From: Mycobacterium tuberculosis H37Rv
GTDB taxonomy: Bacteria > Actinomycetota > Actinomycetes > Mycobacteriales > Mycobacteriaceae
Reading direction: 5' to 3'
Assembly: GCF_000195955.2 (NCBI RefSeq)
Contig: NC_000962.3
Location: 3,630,001-3,662,000, forward strand
Length of the DNA: 32,000 nucleotides
Shown here: piece after piece, positions 17,885-24,660 of the stretch
How positions within the stretch are numbered: position 1 is the stretch's first letter
Layout of the letters: each line of letters opens with the position of its first letter
Program-made: the position numbers and the translations under genes
Notes under the pieces: model-generated
The model's database searches: none
Told to the model about the DNA's origin: nothing
Seen by the model: only the letters and a program-made list of their open reading frames with translations

Positions 17885-19381
17885 GTGATGTCTGCGCAAC
17901 GTGTGGTTCGTACGGTTCGTACCGCTCGGGCTATTTCCACGGCACTGGCCGTCGCGATCGTCCTTGGCACCGGGGTGGCGTGGAGCAGTGTCCGGTCGTT
18001 CGAAGACGGCATCTTCCACATGTCGGCGCCCTCGCTGGGGCACGGCGGCGACGACGGCGCGATCGACATTTTGCTGGTCGGCCTGGACAGCCGTACCGAC
18101 GCGCACGGCAACCCGTTGAGCGCCGAGGAATTGGCGACATTGCACGCCGGCGACGAGGAAGCCACCAACACCGACACCATCATCCTGATCCGGGTACCCA
18201 ACAACGGAAAGTCGGCGACCGCAATCTCTATACCGCGGGACTCCTACGTCGCGGCTCCCGGTCTGGGTAAGACCAAGATCAACGGCGTCTACGGGCAAAC
18301 CAGAGAGACCAAGCGGGCCGGCCTGGTCCAAGCCGGTGCCTCGCCGACCGAAGCGGCCGCCGCCGGCACCGAGGCCGGGCGTGAGGCGTTGATCAAGACG
18401 GTCGCCGATCTGACCGGCGTCACCGTCGACCACTACGCCGAGATCGGGCTGCTCGGTTTCGCGTTGATCGCCGACGCACTCGGCGGCGTCGACGTCTGCC
18501 TCAAAGAGCCTGTATACGAACCACTTTCGGGTGCCGATTTTCCAGCCGGGCGGCAAAAGCTCAACGGTCCGCAAGCGCTCAGCTTCGTTCGCCAGCGGCA
18601 TGATCTGCCCCGCGGCGACCTGGACCGGGTGGTACGTCAGCAGGCGGTGATGGCGGCGTTGGCCCACCGGGTCATCTCCGGACAGACGCTATCCAGCCCC
18701 GCCACGCTGAAGCGGTTGGAGCAGGCCGTGCAGCGCTCGGTGGTGCTGTCCTCCGGGTGGGACATCATGGATTTCGTCCGCCAATTGCAGAAGCTGGCCG
18801 GCGGTAACGTTGCCTTCGCCACCATCCCGGTGCTCGACGGCGCCGGCTGGAGCGACGACGGCATGCAAAGCGTGGTGCGGGTGGATCCGCGTCAGGTGCA
18901 GGACTGGGTCGTCGGCCTGCTGCACGAGCAGGACCAGGGCAAGACCGACGAGCTGGCCTACACACCCGCCAAGACCACGGCCAACGTGGTCAACGACACC
19001 GATATCAACGGGCTTGCGGCAGCGGTGTCAAAGGTGTTGAGCTCCAAGGGGTTTACCACCGGATCCGTCGGCAACAACGACGGCGACCACGTGCCTGGCA
19101 GCCAGGTGCGGGCCGCAAAGGCCGACGACCTGGGCGCACAGCAGGTCGCCAAGGAACTGGGCGGGTTGCCGGTGGTCGCCGATGCGTCAATCGCGCCTGG
19201 GTCGGTGCGGGTGGTGCTGGCCAACGACTACAGCGGTCCGGGCTCCGGGCTGGGGGGTAGTGATCCGAACGGCGTCGTATCGCCGGCCCGCGCGTTCAAC
19301 CTCGGGTCCGCCGACGACACGACTCCCCCGCCGTCGCCAATCCTTACCGCCGGCTCCGACGCGCCGGAGTGCATCAACTGA
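17885..19381 (+). CDS. cpsA: LytR-CpsA-Psr (LCP) family cell-wall polymer ligase
   Basis: 498 aa; N-terminal TM, ILLVGLDSRTD, DTIILIRVPNNGKSATAISIPRDSYV, SFVRQRHDLPRGDLDRVVRQQ and a LytR_C-like C-terminus. Confidence 0.94.
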   Translation: MMSAQRVVRTVRTARAISTALAVAIVLGTGVAWSSVRSFEDGIFHMSAPSLGHGGDDGAIDILLVGLDSRTDAHGNPLSAEELATLHAGDEEATNTDTIILIRVPNNGKSATAISIPRDSYVAAPGLGKTKINGVYGQTRETKRAGLVQAGASPTEAAAAGTEAGREALIKTVADLTGVTVDHYAEIGLLGFALIADALGGVDVCLKEPVYEPLSGADFPAGRQKLNGPQALSFVRQRHDLPRGDLDRVVRQQAVMAALAHRVISGQTLSSPATLKRLEQAVQRSVVLSSGWDIMDFVRQLQKLAGGNVAFATIPVLDGAGWSDDGMQSVVRVDPRQVQDWVVGLLHEQDQGKTDELAYTPAKTTANVVNDTDINGLAAAVSKVLSSKGFTTGSVGNNDGDHVPGSQVRAAKADDLGAQQVAKELGGLPVVADASIAPGSVRVVLANDYSGPGSGLGGSDPNGVVSPARAFNLGSADDTTPPPSPILTAGSDAPECIN

Positions 19382-20109
19382 CCACACCGACCACCCTGAG
19401 CGGGGCGATCCTGGATCCGATGCTGCGCGCCGACCCGGTCGGCCCGCGCATCACCTACTATGACGATGCCACCGGTGAGCGCATCGAGCTATCCGCGGTG
19501 ACACTGGCTAACTGGGCCGCCAAGACCGGCAACCTGTTGCGCGACGAGCTGGCGGCCGGACCCGCCAGCCGAGTCGCGATCCTATTACCGGCCCATTGGC
19601 AGACCGCGGCGGTGTTGTTCGGCGTGTGGTGGATCGGTGCGCAAGCGATACTCGACGATTCTCCCGCCGATGTGGCACTGTGCACCGCCGACCGTCTGGC
19701 CGAAGCCGACGCCGTCGTCAACAGCGCGGCGGTAGCCGGCGAGGTAGCCGTGCTGTCGCTGGATCCATTCGGTCGACCGGCAACCGGCCTGCCGGTCGGC
19801 GTCACCGACTATGCGACCGCGGTGCGGGTACACGGCGACCAGATAGTTCCCGAACACAACCCCGGTCCGGTGCTTGCCGGTAGATCCGTCGAGCAGATCC
19901 TGCGCGACTGCGCGGCGTCCGCGGCCGCCAGGGGTTTGACGGCGGCGGATCGGGTGCTGTCCACCGCTTCCTGGGCCGGACCCGATGAGTTGGTGGACGG
20001 CCTGCTGGCGATCCTGGCCGCCGGTGCGTCGTTGGTGCAGGTGGCCAATCCCGATCCGGCGATGCTGCAGCGCAGGATTGCGACCGAAAAGGTCACCCGC
20101 GTCCTGTGA
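19369..20109 (+). CDS. AMP-binding-enzyme-like truncated protein (Rv3268-like, TIGR03089-type)
   Basis: 246 aa (229 aa if ATG 19420). Resembles the first part of acyl-CoA synthetases (VAILLPAHWQTAAVLFGVWWIGAQAIL) but is short. Overlaps the cpsA stop by 13 bp. Confidence 0.7.
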   Translation: MHQLTTPTTLSGAILDPMLRADPVGPRITYYDDATGERIELSAVTLANWAAKTGNLLRDELAAGPASRVAILLPAHWQTAAVLFGVWWIGAQAILDDSPADVALCTADRLAEADAVVNSAAVAGEVAVLSLDPFGRPATGLPVGVTDYATAVRVHGDQIVPEHNPGPVLAGRSVEQILRDCAASAAARGLTAADRVLSTASWAGPDELVDGLLAILAAGASLVQVANPDPAMLQRRIATEKVTRVL

Positions 20110-20148
20110 CGCAGGCCGCGTCCAGCAGGCGAAGGCATCAGAGCAATA

Positions 20149-20174
20149 CATATTGATATCGCGATATATAGATG
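20149..20174. promoter_or_regulatory. Imperfect palindrome CATATTGATATCGCGATATATAGATG (core ATATCGCGATAT)
   Basis: Perfect 12-bp core (20156-20167), 10 of 13 bp paired over 26 bp; fills most of the spacer of the predicted pacL1-ctpC promoter. Confidence 0.65.
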
Positions 20175-20181
20175 TTAATGT
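20153..20181 (+). promoter_or_regulatory. Predicted sigA-type promoter for pacL1-ctpC
   Basis: TTGATA (20153-20158), 17-nt spacer, TAATGT (20176-20181). Confidence 0.6.
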
Positions 20182-20233
20182 CACTGCAACGAGCTGCCGC
20201 TGCAATTACAGACCCGGAAGAAAGGTACAGGCA

Positions 20234-20515
20234 ATGGCGATACAAGTGTTCTTGGCGAAGGCGACAACGACGGTGATCACCGGCTTGGCCGGCGTGACCG
20301 CCTACGAGATCTTAAAAAAGGCCGCGGCCAAAGCGCCGCTTCGTCAGACCGCGGTATCGGCAGCAGCGCTGGGTCTGCGCGGAACCCGCAAGGCCGAGGA
20401 AGCCGCGGAATCGGCCCGCCTAAAGGTGGCCGACGTGATGGCCGAGGCTCGTGAGCGCATCGGCGAGGAATCGCCCACTCCAGCGATCAGCGACCTGCAC
20501 GACCACGACCACTGA
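20234..20515 (+). CDS. pacL1: Small DUF1490-type membrane metallochaperone-like protein (Rv3269-like)
   Basis: 93 aa from ATG 20234: N-terminal TM helix, helical charged middle, C-terminal metal-binding tail DLHDHDH. Directly upstream of ctpC. Confidence 0.85.
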   Translation: MAIQVFLAKATTTVITGLAGVTAYEILKKAAAKAPLRQTAVSAAALGLRGTRKAEEAAESARLKVADVMAEARERIGEESPTPAISDLHDHDH

Positions 20516-20525
20516 GCGCCTCGCC

Positions 20526-22682
20526 ATGACCCTGGAAGTGGTATCGGACGCGGCCGGACGCATGCGGGTCAAAGTCGACTGGGTCCGTTGCGATTCCCGG
20601 CGCGCGGTCGCGGTCGAAGAGGCCGTTGCCAAGCAGAACGGTGTGCGCGTCGTGCACGCCTACCCGCGCACCGGGTCCGTGGTCGTGTGGTATTCACCCA
20701 GACGCGCCGACCGCGCGGCGGTGCTGGCGGCGATCAAGGGCGCCGCGCACGTCGCCGCCGAACTGATCCCCGCGCGTGCGCCGCACTCGGCCGAGATCCG
20801 CAACACCGACGTGCTCCGGATGGTCATCGGCGGGGTGGCACTGGCCTTGCTCGGGGTGCGCCGCTACGTGTTCGCGCGGCCACCGCTGCTCGGAACCACC
20901 GGGCGGACGGTGGCCACCGGTGTCACCATTTTCACCGGGTATCCGTTCCTGCGTGGCGCGCTGCGCTCGCTGCGCTCCGGAAAGGCCGGCACCGATGCCC
21001 TGGTCTCCGCGGCGACGGTGGCAAGCCTCATCCTGCGCGAGAACGTGGTCGCACTCACCGTCCTGTGGTTGCTCAACATCGGTGAGTACCTGCAGGATCT
21101 GACGCTGCGGCGGACCCGGCGGGCCATCTCGGAGCTGCTGCGCGGCAACCAGGACACGGCCTGGGTGCGCCTCACCGATCCTTCTGCAGGCTCCGACGCG
21201 GCCACCGAAATCCAGGTCCCGATCGACACCGTGCAGATCGGTGACGAGGTGGTGGTCCACGAGCACGTCGCGATACCGGTCGACGGTGAGGTGGTCGACG
21301 GCGAAGCGATCGTCAATCAGTCCGCGATCACCGGGGAAAACCTGCCGGTCAGCGTCGTGGTCGGAACGCGCGTGCACGCCGGTTCGGTCGTGGTGCGCGG
21401 ACGCGTGGTGGTGCGCGCCCACGCGGTAGGCAACCAAACCACCATCGGTCGCATCATTAGCAGGGTCGAAGAGGCTCAGCTCGACCGGGCACCCATCCAG
21501 ACGGTGGGCGAGAACTTCTCCCGCCGCTTCGTTCCCACCTCGTTCATCGTCTCGGCCATCGCGTTGCTGATCACCGGCGACGTGCGGCGCGCGATGACCA
21601 TGTTGTTGATCGCATGCCCGTGCGCGGTGGGACTGTCCACCCCGACCGCGATCAGCGCAGCGATCGGCAACGGCGCGCGCCGTGGCATCCTGATCAAGGG
21701 CGGATCCCACCTCGAGCAGGCGGGCCGCGTCGACGCCATCGTGTTCGACAAGACCGGGACGTTGACCGTGGGCCGCCCCGTGGTCACCAATATCGTTGCC
21801 ATGCATAAAGATTGGGAGCCCGAGCAAGTGCTGGCCTATGCCGCCAGCTCGGAGATCCACTCACGTCATCCGCTGGCCGAGGCGGTGATCCGCTCGACGG
21901 AGGAACGCCGCATCAGCATCCCACCACACGAGGAGTGCGAGGTGCTGGTCGGCCTGGGCATGCGGACCTGGGCCGACGGTCGGACCCTGCTGCTGGGCAG
22001 TCCGTCGTTGCTGCGCGCCGAAAAAGTTCGGGTGTCCAAGAAGGCGTCGGAGTGGGTCGACAAGCTGCGCCGCCAGGCGGAGACCCCGCTGCTGCTCGCG
22101 GTGGACGGCACGCTGGTCGGCCTGATCAGCCTGCGCGACGAGGTGCGTCCGGAGGCGGCCCAGGTGCTGACGAAGCTGCGGGCCAATGGGATTCGCCGGA
22201 TCGTCATGCTCACCGGCGACCACCCGGAGATCGCCCAGGTTGTCGCCGACGAACTGGGGATTGATGAGTGGCGCGCCGAGGTCATGCCGGAGGACAAGCT
22301 CGCGGCGGTGCGCGAGCTGCAGGACGACGGCTACGTCGTCGGGATGGTCGGCGACGGCATCAACGACGCCCCGGCGCTGGCCGCCGCCGATATCGGGATC
22401 GCCATGGGCCTTGCCGGAACCGACGTCGCCGTCGAGACCGCCGATGTCGCGCTGGCCAACGACGACCTGCACCGCCTGCTCGACGTTGGGGACCTGGGCG
22501 AGCGGGCAGTGGATGTAATCCGGCAGAACTACGGCATGTCCATCGCCGTCAACGCGGCCGGGCTGCTGATCGGCGCGGGCGGTGCGCTCTCGCCGGTGCT
22601 GGCGGCGATCCTGCACAACGCGTCGTCGGTGGCGGTGGTGGCCAACAGTTCCCGGTTGATCCGCTACCGCCTGGACCGCTAG
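20526..22682 (+). CDS. ctpC: P-type metal-transporting ATPase
   Basis: 718 aa from ATG 20526; CPC metal site (LIACPCAVGLSTPTA), DKTGTLT phosphorylation motif, MVGDGINDAPAL hinge. Confidence 0.95.
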   Translation: MTLEVVSDAAGRMRVKVDWVRCDSRRAVAVEEAVAKQNGVRVVHAYPRTGSVVVWYSPRRADRAAVLAAIKGAAHVAAELIPARAPHSAEIRNTDVLRMVIGGVALALLGVRRYVFARPPLLGTTGRTVATGVTIFTGYPFLRGALRSLRSGKAGTDALVSAATVASLILRENVVALTVLWLLNIGEYLQDLTLRRTRRAISELLRGNQDTAWVRLTDPSAGSDAATEIQVPIDTVQIGDEVVVHEHVAIPVDGEVVDGEAIVNQSAITGENLPVSVVVGTRVHAGSVVVRGRVVVRAHAVGNQTTIGRIISRVEEAQLDRAPIQTVGENFSRRFVPTSFIVSAIALLITGDVRRAMTMLLIACPCAVGLSTPTAISAAIGNGARRGILIKGGSHLEQAGRVDAIVFDKTGTLTVGRPVVTNIVAMHKDWEPEQVLAYAASSEIHSRHPLAEAVIRSTEERRISIPPHEECEVLVGLGMRTWADGRTLLLGSPSLLRAEKVRVSKKASEWVDKLRRQAETPLLLAVDGTLVGLISLRDEVRPEAAQVLTKLRANGIRRIVMLTGDHPEIAQVVADELGIDEWRAEVMPEDKLAAVRELQDDGYVVGMVGDGINDAPALAAADIGIAMGLAGTDVAVETADVALANDDLHRLLDVGDLGERAVDVIRQNYGMSIAVNAAGLLIGAGGALSPVLAAILHNASSVAVVANSSRLIRYRLDR

Positions 22683-23347
22683 CAGCCGCAGCCGTGACCA
22701 CGCCAGGTGCGGATGCCCTGCCAGACCGCGATACCGGCGATGGCCAGCCCGATCGCGGGGTCAATCCACCAGCCGTTCGACCACACGGCAGTGATCGCCA
22801 GCCCAAGCAGAACCGCGGCGGCCTGAGCAGCACACAGGTAGTTCTGGGTGCCCTCGCCCGCGGTGGCCCCCGATCCCAGCCGCTCACCCACTCGGTGGTT
22901 GGCCCAGCCCAGGACCGGCATCAGCAGCAGGGCGATGGCCGTCAGTCCGATGCCGATCACCGAGGTCTCGGCACGATGCTCGCCGGCTAGGTGGCGGATG
23001 GATTCGGCAACGAGGTAGGGGGCCGTCAGCCAAAAAGACACCGCAACTCCACGCTGTGCGCGGTGCTCCGCGGTCGCGGACCAAGTGCGGTCGCCGGTGA
23101 ACCGCCAGAGCACCATCGCGCTGGCCAGGCCCTCGGATCCGCCACCCAGCGCCCACCCGGTCAACGCGACGGATCCGACCGCAATACCCTGCCACAGCCC
23201 CACGGCACCTTCGGTGAGCAATACCGCCAGGCTGACCCACGCCAGCCAGCGGGCCCACCGAACGTTCCGCTGCCATTCGGCCTCTCGCGCCACCGACACG
23301 GGCGAATCCAGCGTGGATTCATCGCGGTGTTCCGTCGTCGTCTCCAT
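22679..23347 (-). CDS. CDF-like integral membrane protein (Rv3271c-like)
   Basis: 222 aa from ATG 23347; CDF-type helix pattern (GSVALTGWALGGGSEGLASAMVLWRF, WIDPAIGLAIAGIAVWQG) and C-terminal GHGCGC. Predicted -10 TACCAT 7 nt before the ATG. Confidence 0.7.
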   Translation of the reverse strand: METTTEHRDESTLDSPVSVAREAEWQRNVRWARWLAWVSLAVLLTEGAVGLWQGIAVGSVALTGWALGGGSEGLASAMVLWRFTGDRTWSATAEHRAQRGVAVSFWLTAPYLVAESIRHLAGEHRAETSVIGIGLTAIALLLMPVLGWANHRVGERLGSGATAGEGTQNYLCAAQAAAVLLGLAITAVWSNGWWIDPAIGLAIAGIAVWQGIRTWRGHGCGC

Positions 23348-23447
23348 CCCGACGATGGTAGAGGCAAGACATGCCGGGCGGTCGCCGCGGCGTCGCGAAC
23401 CCGTATGGTTCAGGGAGGATGCCGCACGCCAGGGAAGGTCACCACCG

Positions 23448-24632
23448 ATGCCGACCAGCAACCCCGCCAAACCACTTGACGGGTTTCGGGTATTGGATTT
23501 CACCCAGAACGTGGCCGGGCCGCTGGCCGGGCAGGTGCTGGTCGACCTGGGGGCTGAAGTCATCAAGGTGGAGGCGCCCGGCGGTGAAGCGGCCCGTCAG
23601 ATCACCTCGGTGTTACCCGGACGCCCGCCCCTGGCCACCTACTTTCTGCCCAACAATCGTGGCAAGAAGTCGGTGACGGTGGACCTAACCACCGAGCAGG
23701 CCAAGCAGCAGATGCTGCGGCTCGCGGACACCGCCGACGTTGTCTTGGAGGCGTTTCGGCCCGGCACCATGGAAAAGCTGGGCCTAGGCCCTGATGACTT
23801 GCGCTCTCGTAACCCCAACCTGATCTACGCGCGCCTAACCGCTTACGGCGGCAACGGCCCGCACGGCAGCCGGCCGGGAATCGACCTGGTGGTGGCCGCC
23901 GAGGCCGGCATGACCACCGGAATGCCCACGCCTGAGGGCAAGCCACAGATCATCCCATTTCAGCTCGTCGACAACGCCAGCGGTCACGTGCTGGCCCAGG
24001 CCGTGCTGGCCGCGCTGCTGCACCGCGAGCGGAACGGGGTGGCCGACGTCGTCCAGGTCGCGATGTACGACGTCGCGGTGGGACTACAAGCCAACCAGCT
24101 GATGATGCATCTCAATCGGGCCGCTAGCGACCAGCCGAAGCCTGAACCGGCACCGAAGGCCAAGCGGCGCAAGGGAGTCGGCTTCGCTACCCAGCCATCG
24201 GACGCGTTTCGCACCGCCGATGGGTACATCGTCATCAGCGCATATGTGCCCAAACACTGGCAGAAGCTGTGCTACCTCATCGGCCGGCCTGACCTCGTTG
24301 AAGATCAACGATTTGCCGAACAACGCTCCCGGTCGATCAACTACGCCGAGTTGACCGCCGAGTTGGAATTGGCACTGGCCAGCAAGACCGCCACCGAATG
24401 GGTCCAGTTGCTGCAGGCAAACGGCCTCATGGCCTGCCTCGCCCATACCTGGAAACAGGTCGTCGACACCCCCCTTTTCGCCGAGAACGACCTCACCCTG
24501 GAAGTCGGTCGCGGGGCGGACACCATCACGGTGATCCGCACACCGGCGCGCTACGCCAGCTTCCGCGCGGTCGTCACCGATCCCCCGCCCACCGCCGGCG
24601 AACACAATGCCGTGTTTCTGGCCCGGCCCTGA
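23448..24632 (+). CDS. CaiB/BaiF-family CoA-transferase (Rv3272-like)
   Basis: 394 aa: LDGFRVLDFTQNVAGPLAGQVLVDLGAEVIKVEAPGG... RSRNPNLIYARLTAYG. Confidence 0.9.
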   Translation: MPTSNPAKPLDGFRVLDFTQNVAGPLAGQVLVDLGAEVIKVEAPGGEAARQITSVLPGRPPLATYFLPNNRGKKSVTVDLTTEQAKQQMLRLADTADVVLEAFRPGTMEKLGLGPDDLRSRNPNLIYARLTAYGGNGPHGSRPGIDLVVAAEAGMTTGMPTPEGKPQIIPFQLVDNASGHVLAQAVLAALLHRERNGVADVVQVAMYDVAVGLQANQLMMHLNRAASDQPKPEPAPKAKRRKGVGFATQPSDAFRTADGYIVISAYVPKHWQKLCYLIGRPDLVEDQRFAEQRSRSINYAELTAELELALASKTATEWVQLLQANGLMACLAHTWKQVVDTPLFAENDLTLEVGRGADTITVIRTPARYASFRAVVTDPPPTAGEHNAVFLARP

Positions 24633-24660
24633 CGCTGTGACCATTCCGAGGAGTCAACAC

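Noticed and set aside
17867-18667. 266-aa ORF antisense to cpsA
   Set aside because: Lies entirely opposite a clear LCP coding sequence; composition is typical of a shadow ORF.
20694-21860. 388-aa ORF antisense to ctpC
   Set aside because: Shadow ORF rich in H/R/G/D, opposite a well-supported P-type ATPase.
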